A DNA stretch of 61,574 nt, from the NCBI GenBank assembly GCA_017881445.1, contig JADGQX010000003.1, forward strand, positions 1 to 61,574, written 5' to 3'. The first letter of the stretch is position 1. Each line of letters opens with the position of its first letter. Positions 30,632 through 39,656 of the stretch are shown here, piece by piece. Position numbers and translations under genes: made by a program. Under the pieces are notes generated by a model, which saw only the letters and a list, made by a program, of their open reading frames with translations, was not told the origin of the DNA and did not search any database. This DNA is from Gemmatimonadota bacterium (GTDB lineage: Bacteria > Gemmatimonadota > Gemmatimonadetes > Longimicrobiales > RSA9).

Positions 30632-31882
30632 TCAGGGCCGGGCCTGGTCCGAGTCGGCTCGGTGCCGGGCGATGATCTCCCCGTAGAACTCCAGGGTCCG
30701 ACGCGCGATGCTCGGCCAGCCGAAGTGTCGCTCCACGCGCGCGCGAGCCCTCAGCCCCATGGACGCGCGCAGCTCCGGGTCGTCCAGCAGCGTGTTCACG
30801 GCCGCGGCCAGGTCCCGCGCGAACTGCTCCGGGTGGCGCGGCTCCATGTCGGTAGGACCGATCGCCTCCGGCGCCACCAGCAGCCCGGTCTCACCGTGAT
30901 CGACGACCTCGGGAATGCCGCCAACGGCCGACGCGACCACGGGCGTTTCGCAGGCCATCGCTTCCAGGTTGATGATGCCGAACGGCTCGTAGACGGACGG
31001 GCAGACGAAGATCGCGGCGTGGGTGTACAGCTGGATGACCTTCTCCTTGGGCAACATCTCCTGGATCCAGATGATGGCGTGCCCGCTCCGGGAGCGGGCG
31101 CGCGCCACCGCGTCGCTCATCTCGCGCGCGATCTCCGGGGTGTCGGGCGCGCCGGCGCACAGCACCACCTGCGCTCCCGCGCGGAAGTGCTCGATGGCGT
31201 GGACCAGGTGGATGATCCCCTTCTGCCGCGTGATGCGGCCGACGAACAGCACGAAGGGCGACGCCGGGTCGATCCCGAACTCGCTCAGAGTCTCCACGCC
31301 CGGAGTCGGCCGGTACTGCAGCAGATCGATGCCGTTGTGGATCACGCGAATCCGGTCGGTAGCCACACCGTAAAGCTCGCGCACGTCTTTCCGCATCGCC
31401 CCCGAGACCGCGACCACGCCATCGGCGTTCTCGTAGGCGGTGCGCTCGATCCACGATGAAGCCTGGTACGCGGTGCCGAGCTGCTCTGCCTTCCAGGGCC
31501 GGTGCGGCTCGAGCGAGTGCGTCGTCAGCACGAGCGGCACGCCGTGCAGCTGCTTGACGAGACAGCCGGCCAGGTGCGTGTACCAGGTGTGGCAGTGGAC
31601 GATGTCCACGTCCGCGACGCTGCCGCTCATGACCAGGTCCTGCAGCAGCGTCGCGAAGAGCTTCGCGTGCCGCGGCTCATACGCGGGCAGCTCGACCGGC
31701 GGCGACACACCCTCCACCGTCGGATTCCCGCCCGACGAGCGCTGGTCGCCGAAGCAGAAGACCTTCACCTGGTGCTGCCCACCGTCCAGCGCCGCCAGCT
31801 CACGCGTGAGATACTCGACGTGTACGCCGGCGCCACCGTACACGTTCGGCGGATACTCGTTACTCAGAATGGCAATCCGCAT
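30632..31882 (-). CDS. GT4 glycosyltransferase, glycogen-synthase-like
   Basis: MRIAILSNEYPPNVYGGAGVHVEYLTRELA..., with the E-x7-E region PSVYEPFGIINLEAMACETPVV. The start is ATG 31882; the alternative is 31927. Confidence 0.8.
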   Translation of the reverse strand: MRIAILSNEYPPNVYGGAGVHVEYLTRELAALDGGQHQVKVFCFGDQRSSGGNPTVEGVSPPVELPAYEPRHAKLFATLLQDLVMSGSVADVDIVHCHTWYTHLAGCLVKQLHGVPLVLTTHSLEPHRPWKAEQLGTAYQASSWIERTAYENADGVVAVSGAMRKDVRELYGVATDRIRVIHNGIDLLQYRPTPGVETLSEFGIDPASPFVLFVGRITRQKGIIHLVHAIEHFRAGAQVVLCAGAPDTPEIAREMSDAVARARSRSGHAIIWIQEMLPKEKVIQLYTHAAIFVCPSVYEPFGIINLEAMACETPVVASAVGGIPEVVDHGETGLLVAPEAIGPTDMEPRHPEQFARDLAAAVNTLLDDPELRASMGLRARARVERHFGWPSIARRTLEFYGEIIARHRADSDQARP

Positions 31883-32085
31883 GCAGGTCACCGGGTAGGG
31901 GTTCGTCGCGCCGAAACGCGAGGACAATGCACTCCCCGGCGGACGGCGGCAACTTCAGACTCGTTCCGACTGGTCGGCAGCCGGCAGCCCGCGTAGCTTT
32001 TGCCCGCGACGCCGCCCCGGCCGGCCTGTCGTGCAATGGGCCGGACGCTCGCATGGCGTTGTTCCAGAACCCATCCGACCCGAGG

Positions 32086-33264
32086 ATGATCGCGATGAGA
32101 AGCGTGATTGCGCTCGCGAGCGCCGGCCTGCTGCTCGGCGGCGCGTACACGGCATCCGCCCAGCGTCCGGCCACGCTGAAGGATGCCTTCAAGGGTGCGT
32201 TCCTCATGGGCGCGGCCGTCAACGACTCCGTCGTCGCCGGCACCGACTCGGCCTCGCAGAGGATCGTCATCCAGGAGTTCAACTCGATCTCGCCGGAGAA
32301 CGTGCTCAAGCCAGAGTCCGTGAACCCGCGGCCGGGCGTGTACACCTGGGGCCCCGCGGATGCGTTCGTCGCCTTCGGCGAAGCGCACCACATGTTCATC
32401 CACGGACACACGCTGCTCTGGCACAACCAGACGCCTGCCTGGTTCTTCCAGGACAGCGCCGGCAAGCCGAACACGCCGGCGGCGCAGATCGAGCGCTTGC
32501 ATAGCCACATCGAGGCGGTAGCCGGCCGGTACAAGAACCGGATCCATAGCTGGGACGTGGTCAACGAGGTGATCGACAACGACGGCTCCTACCGCAAGAC
32601 CAACTGGATCAACGCGGTCGGAAACGGCGACAGTCTGGTGTCGGCGGCGTTCCGCTTCGCCGCCCAGTACGCGGGTCCCGGCGTCGAGCTGTACTACAAC
32701 GACTTCAACACCTGGCGCCCGGCGAAGCGCGACGGCATCGTCCGGCTCGTCCGCATGCTCAAGAAGCAGGGGATCCGCATCGACGGCGTCGGCATGCAGG
32801 GCCACTGGGGGCTCGACTACCCGGACGCCAGGGACATCGAGGCCGCGATCGACTCCTTCGCGGCGACGGGCGTGAAGGTCAGCATCACCGAGCTGGACGT
32901 GGACGTGCTGCCGCTCAGCAAGGAAGGACAGATCACCGGCACCGCCCTGAACGATCCGCAGCTCCAGCTTCCGGAGTTCAAGAAGTACCTCGATCCGTAC
33001 CAGAAGGGCCTGCCGCTGGCGGTGCAGAAGCAGCTGGCGGACCGCTATGCCGAGCTGTATGGGATCTTCTACCGCAAGCGCGACAAGATCGAGCGGGTCA
33101 CCCTCTGGGGCGTGCAGGACGGCTCCTCCTGGAAGAACGCGCGTCCGATTCCGAGCCGCACCAACTACCCGCTGCTGTTCGACCGGCAGCACAGGCCCAA
33201 GCCCGCGTTCTACGCAGTGCTGCGGGTGCCGCAGGAGGCTTCCGCGAAAGCCGGGAAGCGTTGA
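32086..33264 (+). CDS. endo-1,4-beta-xylanase, GH10
   Basis: The signal peptide is MIAMRSVIALASAGLLLGGAYTASA. It contains WDVVNEVI (acid/base Glu) and SITELDV (nucleophile Glu). Confidence 0.85.
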   Translation: MIAMRSVIALASAGLLLGGAYTASAQRPATLKDAFKGAFLMGAAVNDSVVAGTDSASQRIVIQEFNSISPENVLKPESVNPRPGVYTWGPADAFVAFGEAHHMFIHGHTLLWHNQTPAWFFQDSAGKPNTPAAQIERLHSHIEAVAGRYKNRIHSWDVVNEVIDNDGSYRKTNWINAVGNGDSLVSAAFRFAAQYAGPGVELYYNDFNTWRPAKRDGIVRLVRMLKKQGIRIDGVGMQGHWGLDYPDARDIEAAIDSFAATGVKVSITELDVDVLPLSKEGQITGTALNDPQLQLPEFKKYLDPYQKGLPLAVQKQLADRYAELYGIFYRKRDKIERVTLWGVQDGSSWKNARPIPSRTNYPLLFDRQHRPKPAFYAVLRVPQEASAKAGKR

Positions 33265-33366
33265 GGAGCGCGCGGCGCCTGCGCTCCCTGCTAACGTCAA
33301 CGGGCATCCCCTCTTGACGATCGCTGGTCGCGGCCTACGTTTAGGGAAAATTCAACCAGTTTAGCC

Positions 33367-34395
33367 ATGATACTGGCCAATCGACTGCTCAAATACTTCG
33401 GGGGCCGACGGGCTCTGGCCGGGGTCTCGCTCGAGATCGACCGGGGCGAGGCCGTGGGCGTGCTGGGTCTGAACGGCGTCGGCAAGACGACGCTGCTGCG
33501 GATTCTGGCGACCGACCTGCGCCCGACGGGCGGGACGCTGCTGGTGGACGGCGTGGACGCGGTGCGAGATCCACTGTCGGTCCGCCGCCGCATCGGGTTC
33601 CTGCCACAGGTTCCGCCACTCTACCCCGAGATGGTGGTGCTCGACTACCTGCGCTTCGCGGGACGGCTGCACGGGCTCGAGCGGCGCGCGCTGGAGCGGC
33701 GCATCGAGGAAGTCGCGGATCTGATCCACATCCGGGGCGTGCTGGGCGAGCTGGTGCGGCACCTGTCGCACGGATACCGGCAGCGGGTGGGGCTGGCGCA
33801 GGCGATCCTGCACGACCCGATGCTGGTCATCCTGGACGAGCCCACGCACGGGCTGGACCCTGCGCAGGTCGTGGAGATGCGCGGACTCGTGCGGCGCCTG
33901 AAGGAACGGCACACGGTCGTGATCTCCAGCCACAACCTCCCCGAGATCAGCGAGACGTGCGACCGGCTGCTCGTGCTGGATGCGGGCGAGGTGATCGCCA
34001 TGGGGAGCGAGGCCGAGCTGAGCGGGCGGTTGCTGGGCGCCATGCGCATCGAGGTGGCGGTCCGTGCTTCCCGGGCCGGTGCCGAGGCGGCCACGGGTGC
34101 CGCGGCGGACGTCGTCGCTTGCCTGCAGGCGGTCGGGGGCGTGAGCGCGGTCGTGCCCGCGCCCGGACCGGCGGGCGAGCTGGCGTTCGCGCTGGAGGCG
34201 GATGGCGACCGGCGGGCCGAGGTCTGCCGGGCCCTGGTGGACGCCGGCTGGGCCGTGCTGCGGCTGGACCGGGGGCGTCACGAGCTGGAGAATGTGTTCC
34301 TGGAGCTTGTCGGGGCCGGTGCGGCCGGCTCCGGGCCCGGGCCGGCGCGCGGCGCCGAGGAACCGCCGGCGGCCATCGACGGGAGGGTCGCATGA
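33367..34395 (+). CDS. ABC transporter ATP-binding protein (GldA-like)
   Basis: Walker A GLNGVGKTT, signature LSHGYRQRV and Walker B VILDEPTHGLD. Confidence 0.85.
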   Translation: MILANRLLKYFGGRRALAGVSLEIDRGEAVGVLGLNGVGKTTLLRILATDLRPTGGTLLVDGVDAVRDPLSVRRRIGFLPQVPPLYPEMVVLDYLRFAGRLHGLERRALERRIEEVADLIHIRGVLGELVRHLSHGYRQRVGLAQAILHDPMLVILDEPTHGLDPAQVVEMRGLVRRLKERHTVVISSHNLPEISETCDRLLVLDAGEVIAMGSEAELSGRLLGAMRIEVAVRASRAGAEAATGAAADVVACLQAVGGVSAVVPAPGPAGELAFALEADGDRRAEVCRALVDAGWAVLRLDRGRHELENVFLELVGAGAAGSGPGPARGAEEPPAAIDGRVA

Positions 34396-35123
34396 GGTCG
34401 GCCCTGGTGATCGCCAGGCGCGAGCTGGCCGGGTACGTCAGCACGCCCATGGGCTGGATCGTGGCGGCGACGATTCTGCTCCTGGACGGGCTGCTGTTCT
34501 ACGCGCTGGCACTTGGCCCGGCCGCCGGCCCGCGGCTTTCGGCGGAGGTCCTGTCGCGCTTCTTCTGGACGACGAGCGGGCTCGTTCCCATCGCGGCCGT
34601 GACCCTGTCGGTGCGCCTCCTGACCGAGGAGCGGCAGCTGGATACGCTGGTGCTGCTGTCCACGGCGCCGGTGCGCGACCGGGAAATCGTGCTGGGCAAG
34701 TTCCTGGCGGCGCTGGCCTTCCTGGCGCTGCTCACGCTGCTGACCGTCTACATGCCGCTTCTCGTGCTGGTGAACGGCAAGATCTCGGTCGGGCAGGTGG
34801 GCGTCGGCTACCTGGGCCTGCTGCTGCTGGGCGGGGCGGTGCTGGCGATCGGGCTCTTTGCCTCCTGCCTCACGCGCCATACGCTGCTGGCCGTCGCGCT
34901 GGGTGCAGCCATCACGGCCGGCATGTTCCTGCTCTATCCGCTGGGCACCGTGATCGACCCGCCCCTGGGCGGGGTGCTGCGGGCGCTCTCGTTGCACGGC
35001 GAGCACTTCTTCGGCTTCCAGACGGGCGCGATGCACCTGCGCGACGTCGTGTACTACCTCTCGGTGATCTACTTCTTCCTGCTGGTGTCCACGAAGGTCC
35101 TGGAGGCGAAACGGTGGGAGTGA
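34392..35123 (+). CDS. ABC-2 type permease (GldF-like)
   Basis: ATG 34392 overlaps the upstream stop. MRSALVIARRELAGYVSTPMGWIV... has six hydrophobic segments. Confidence 0.75.
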   Translation: MRSALVIARRELAGYVSTPMGWIVAATILLLDGLLFYALALGPAAGPRLSAEVLSRFFWTTSGLVPIAAVTLSVRLLTEERQLDTLVLLSTAPVRDREIVLGKFLAALAFLALLTLLTVYMPLLVLVNGKISVGQVGVGYLGLLLLGGAVLAIGLFASCLTRHTLLAVALGAAITAGMFLLYPLGTVIDPPLGGVLRALSLHGEHFFGFQTGAMHLRDVVYYLSVIYFFLLVSTKVLEAKRWE

Positions 35124-36976
35124 GCCGGCAGGCGCCGGGGTGGCTGACCTGGGTGCTCGCGGGTGGCCTGGCGCTGGTGTTCCTGGGCGAGCGCATCCTC
35201 TCGGGTGCGTCGACGGCCCGGTTGGTGGCCTCGAGCGCGGGCTCCCTGCTCGTGCTGGCGAGTGCCGCCTGGCGCGTCGCCTCCTGGCAGCGTGCCCGCG
35301 CGGAAGGTCCCCCGGAGGCGGCGCGGGTCGAGGCGCAGCTCGCGCTGGCCCACGCCGGCTGCGTCCTGGCGCTGGCGCTGTATTTCCTCTCGACCGACGC
35401 CGGCATGTCCCTGCTGCGGCTCGACTTCGCCGACGAGGCCGCCCGCGGGCGCTACCGCACCGCCCTGCAGGTGCTCTGGGCGACCGTCGCCGCCGTCTCG
35501 CTGCTGCCGGCGCTGGTCGCCGGGCTGGCGCATGGCGCCCGCAGCGGCGCGGACGCGGGAGGGCTGCTGGAGGCCGAGCGGGTGGGCGAGGCCTTCAATG
35601 CGGGGCTGGTGATCGCGCTGGCGGGCACGCTCCTGTTCGTGGTGGGGTTCGTGGCCGCGCGGCGGGACCGGTCGCTGGACCTGGGCTACTTCCGCACCTC
35701 CAGCCCGGGCACGGCGACGACGGCGCTCGCGCGCTCACTGCACGACCCGCTGCAGGTACTGCTCTTCTTCCCGGACGCCAGCCCGGTGAAGGGCGAGGTG
35801 GAGGACTACTTCCAGGCGCTGGCTCGTTCGGGCGTGCGCCTGCGCGTGGAGGAGCACGACCGGCTCGCGGACCCGGACGTGTCGCGGCGCTTCGATGTGC
35901 GGGACGATGGCACCGTGGTGCTGATGAGCGCCGACCGCAAGGGGCGAGTGGTGCTCCCGGTCGAGATGGAGCAGGCGCGCGGCCGGCTGCGCACGCTCGA
36001 CCGGGATGTACAGACGCAGCTGCTGCGGCTGGTGCGCACGAAGCGGGTGGCCTACATGACGGTCGGGCACGGCGAGCTGAACGACACCGTGTCGGAAGCG
36101 GACCTGGCGCAGAAGGGCCTGGGCGGCGTGGACGCCATGCGCTCCCTTCTGGGGCTGCTGAACTACGAGGTGATGAACCTCAGTCTGACGACGGGTCTCG
36201 GCCGCGATGTCCCCACCGACGCGGCGGTCGTGCTGGTGCTCGGGCCGCGCCGCTCGTTCCTGCCGGAAGAGCTCGCGGTGCTGGACCGTTACCTCGCCCG
36301 GGGCGGCAGCCTGCTGCTGGCACTGCAGCCCCGCTCGGACTTCCGGCTGGGTCCGCTCGAGCGGCGACTGGGCGTGCGCTTCGACGGCGTGCCCCTGGCC
36401 GACGACCAGCAGTTCGTGCGCCGGCGCGGGGATCGCACCGACCGGGGGCTGCTCGTCACCGACCGGTTCTCGTCGCACGTCGCGGTCAAGACGGCTTCGC
36501 TCGCCGGATCCGACGCCGCCGCCCTGTTCCCGGACCCGGGCCGGCTGGAGGCGGCGGACTCGGCAACCGTTCACCCCGTCTTCCTCGTGCACACGCTGCC
36601 GTCGTCGTTCCTGGACCTGAACGGCAACTACGAGGCGGACGGGCCCAGGGAGAAGCGCGGCACGTACAACCTGGCGGCGGCGGTGCAGCCGGACTCCGCC
36701 CGCGCGCTCGTCTACGCCGACGCGGAGATGTTCACGGACGCCGTGCTCTCCAGCTCGCGTATCAACGCCTCGCTGGCGGCGGACGGGGTGCGCTGGCTCG
36801 GGCGGGAGGAGGCACTGTCGGGCACGGTCGCCTCGGAGGAGGATGTGCCCATCCAGCACACGCAGGCCCAGGACGTGGGCTGGTTCTACTCCACCATCCT
36901 GGGCGCGCCGGCACTGGTGCTGGTCTTCGGGCTCGTGGGCGTGCGCCGCCGGCGCCGGTCGGGGAGGCAGGCGTGA
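35120..36976 (+). CDS. GldG-like ABC-transport auxiliary protein
   Basis: GTG 35120 overlaps the upstream stop. An N-terminal multi-TM region is followed by a large soluble domain and a C-terminal TM helix (WFYSTILGAPALVLVFGLVGV), the usual GldG layout. Confidence 0.65.
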   Translation: MSRQAPGWLTWVLAGGLALVFLGERILSGASTARLVASSAGSLLVLASAAWRVASWQRARAEGPPEAARVEAQLALAHAGCVLALALYFLSTDAGMSLLRLDFADEAARGRYRTALQVLWATVAAVSLLPALVAGLAHGARSGADAGGLLEAERVGEAFNAGLVIALAGTLLFVVGFVAARRDRSLDLGYFRTSSPGTATTALARSLHDPLQVLLFFPDASPVKGEVEDYFQALARSGVRLRVEEHDRLADPDVSRRFDVRDDGTVVLMSADRKGRVVLPVEMEQARGRLRTLDRDVQTQLLRLVRTKRVAYMTVGHGELNDTVSEADLAQKGLGGVDAMRSLLGLLNYEVMNLSLTTGLGRDVPTDAAVVLVLGPRRSFLPEELAVLDRYLARGGSLLLALQPRSDFRLGPLERRLGVRFDGVPLADDQQFVRRRGDRTDRGLLVTDRFSSHVAVKTASLAGSDAAALFPDPGRLEAADSATVHPVFLVHTLPSSFLDLNGNYEADGPREKRGTYNLAAAVQPDSARALVYADAEMFTDAVLSSSRINASLAADGVRWLGREEALSGTVASEEDVPIQHTQAQDVGWFYSTILGAPALVLVFGLVGVRRRRRSGRQA

Positions 36977-37929
36977 GGCGTGAGCCTCTGACCTACGCCG
37001 TGCTGCTGGTCGCCGCCCTCGGCCTGGCCTTCCGCGCCTGGACCCACGAGAAGCGCGAGCAGCCCGCCCCCGGCAGCATCGAGCCGTGGCACCGGGCGGC
37101 AAACGACATCGTCGGCTTGCAGTACACGGGACCTGGACTGCACGTCGAGATCGAACGGCGCGGTACGGGCGACGCCGCCTACCTGTGGGCCACCACGGAC
37201 ACGTCCGCCTTCGTCGTGGGCGCCGACGTAGGCCAGCGACTCCTGGACAACCTGGCCTCGCCTCAGGCCGTGCGCGACCTGGGCGTCCCCGCCGCCCGCG
37301 CTCGCCAGGGCTATGGCCTGGACACGGCCCGCACACACCTGGTCATACGCTTCCAGGATGGCAGCCGCGAGCTGCTGATCGGCGGCCCCACCTACGTCGC
37401 CAGTGACCGCTACGTGCTCGACCGCACCAGCGGCCACGCCTACGTGCTGCCGCAGGGGACGGTTGCGCCGCTCGAAAACGCCGTCCAGATGCTGCCCGAG
37501 CGCCGCCTGCACGCCTTCCAGCCGGAGCGCGTCGCCGCCGCCACCCTGCGTGGCGCTGGCCGGACGCTGTCCATGCACCGGCTCGCGGGCGGCGCGGGCG
37601 GGGTTGGCGTTCCGGCGGCACCCGCCTGGGTCCCGGTCGCGGGGACCCAACGGCCGGACCCCGCCTTCGGCACCTTCATGCAGCGGCTGGACGGCCTCTG
37701 GGCCGGGAGCTACGCCGCGCGGGAGGACCCCCGCACGCTGGCGACGGTCTTTCGCCTGGACTACGCCGACCGCTGGGGGCGCCCCCTGGGCTTCCTCGAG
37801 CTATTCCGCAACCCCGGCCCCGGCCCGAGCCCCCAGTACTACGTGCGCACCGAGCTGACCCGCGTGCTCGTGCGGATCGACCCCGGCGCCGGCGAAAACC
37901 TCGCGACCGACGTGGCCCAGGGGCTGTAG
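36973..37929 (+). CDS. DUF4340-like protein
   Basis: GTG 36973 overlaps the GldG-like stop. It has an N-terminal TM helix (LTYAVLLVAALGLAF). The position after gldG is typical for DUF4340. Only the last 319 codons of track ORF 35140..37929 are credible. Confidence 0.5.
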   Translation: MRREPLTYAVLLVAALGLAFRAWTHEKREQPAPGSIEPWHRAANDIVGLQYTGPGLHVEIERRGTGDAAYLWATTDTSAFVVGADVGQRLLDNLASPQAVRDLGVPAARARQGYGLDTARTHLVIRFQDGSRELLIGGPTYVASDRYVLDRTSGHAYVLPQGTVAPLENAVQMLPERRLHAFQPERVAAATLRGAGRTLSMHRLAGGAGGVGVPAAPAWVPVAGTQRPDPAFGTFMQRLDGLWAGSYAAREDPRTLATVFRLDYADRWGRPLGFLELFRNPGPGPSPQYYVRTELTRVLVRIDPGAGENLATDVAQGL

Positions 37930-38025
37930 CGGGGCCCTCCGATCCCGCGTCAGGGGGTCCAGGCGCTACCGCCTGCGCCCGGGGGGGCTGGTTACCACGC
38001 TCCAGTGGAACGGCCCGGGTACCAG

Positions 38026-38070
38026 GTCAGGCGGCCTAGAGCAGGAACACCGCTGCCGCGAGCAACAGCG
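38026..38070 (-). repeat. 45-bp relic duplicating the 3' end of the membrane-protein gene at 47910
   Basis: TCAGGCGGCCTAGAGCAGGAACACCGCTGCCGCGAGCAACAGCGG compares with 47910-47954 TCAGGCGGCCCAGAGCAGGAACACCCCGGCCGCGAGCAGCAGCGG. I count 4 mismatches in 45 by eye, and one of them turns TGG into TAG. Confidence 0.55.
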
Positions 38071-38135
38071 GAGGATCCCGGCGCGCGCGCGCCGGGTGCA
38101 GCGCCCCGCTCCCTCCACCTCTGGTGCGAGCACCT

Positions 38136-39564
38136 ATGCGCAGCTTCCCGCGATTCGGCCGCTTGGGCCGCGCCAGCCGGTGGTTGCCGCCGCTCCTGGT
38201 GCTGGGGAGCTGCATGGGGCAGGGAGAAAAGCTGGCGCGCACGGACTGCGCCGCCTGTCACGCATTCCCCGACCCCAGCCTGCTGGACAAGAAGACCTGG
38301 CAGGACGGCGTGCTGCCCCAGATGGCGATCCGGGTAGGCGCGTCCCCCTGGTCGTTCAGCGCGACCCTCCAGAATCCCTACCTGACAACGCTCGGCCACG
38401 CGGTGTCGCCGGAAGACTTTGGCAGGATCGTCCGCTACTACGTCGACCACGCGCCTGACACGCTGCCCCCCGAGTCCCTGCCGGCCCAACCCAAGCTTGA
38501 CCCTGGCATCTTCCGAACCGGCCCCTTCGTGACGGACATCCTCGGCGACGCCGTGGTGACCCTCCTGAAAGCCGATTCGGTCCACCAACGGATCTTCGTC
38601 GGCGACGGGGCCCGAAACCAGCTCCTCGTCTTCGGCTGGGACCGGCGCCGGCTCTCCACCTACACGTTGGGCAGTCCGCCCACAGACCTGATCGTCGACG
38701 GCGACCGGATCCTCGTGCTGGAGTCCGGCATCCTCAGCCCCAACAACCAGGCCAGGGGCAGGCTAGCGGAATACGAGATGGGCGGCGATGACTCGCTTCG
38801 CTTCCGGTCCGTGGTGCTCGATTCGTTGATCCGGCCCGTCTTCGCCGTACGCTACGACTTCGACCGTGACGGCGTGGACGAGTTCCTGGTCTGCGAGTTC
38901 GGCAACGACCGCGGCCGGCTCGCGCTCTATCGCCGCCACGGGGCGGGCTACGCGCGTGAGGTGATCGATCCGAGTCCCGGTTGCATCAGGGCCGAGATCC
39001 ACGACATGAACGGCGACCGCGCCCCCGACATTGTCGCCCTCTTCGCGCAGGGGGACGAGCGGATCGTCCTCTTCGAGAACGACCTACGTGAACGGCGACA
39101 ACTTCGACTATTCACCCGTCCTGAAGCCGTACCACGGCGTGCGCATCCTGGAGAACGACGGGAAGAGCCATTTCAAGGAGCGCTACTTCTTCCCGATCTA
39201 CGGCGCCGCCGTGGCCGCCGTCGCCGATTTCGACCGCGATGGCGATCTCGACATGCTGACCACCAGCAACTTCCCCGACGCCGGGCGTCATCCCGAGCGC
39301 GGCATCATGTATTTCGAGAACGTGGGCCCGTTCGCGTTCCGGCCGCACGCCTTCAGCATCGCGGCCTCGAACCAGTGGAACCGGATCGCGACGGCGGACC
39401 TGAACCACGACGGCAGGCTGGACGCGGTGATCGGTGCCATGTCGCTGGAGAGCGTCGTGCGACACCAGCGCGGGCTGGCGGGCGGCGCCCCGACGCCGGC
39501 CCGGGCGCCCGTGCTGTATTTCGAGAACCACATGTCCCGCGACGCACGAGGACGCCGGCCCTGA
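38136..39564 (+). pseudogene. FG-GAP/VCBS-repeat protein with N-terminal CXXCH motif, interrupted by a frameshift near 39075-39090
   Basis: In frame A the sequence MRSFPRFGRL...CAACHAFPDPSLLDKKTWQDGVLPQM...DFDRDGVDEF...DMNGDRAPDIVALFAQGDERIVLFEN becomes noise. The protein continues in the +1 frame (ORF 39031..39564: YVNGDNFDY...ADFDRDGDLDMLT...ADLNHDGRLDAVI...LYFENHM). Confidence 0.65.
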
Positions 39565-39656
39565 GGTGGCCGCCGCACCCTGCGCGCGCGACGGGGCGGG
39601 CGGGTGCTCTTCCGGTCCGGCTTGCACTTCCGCTAACAGCTTCGACGAGGCCTCTG

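Noticed and set aside
33265-33287. Hairpin GGAGCGC-N9-GCGCTCC after the GH10 gene as an intrinsic terminator
   Set aside because: No U-tract follows and the stem is short. There is not enough evidence to call a terminator.
34202-37929. N-terminal extensions of track ORFs 34202..36976 and 35140..37929
   Set aside because: The credible proteins start at GTG 35120 and GTG 36973. Each of these overlaps the preceding stop codon. The upstream extensions are out-of-frame overlaps with the permease and GldG-like genes.
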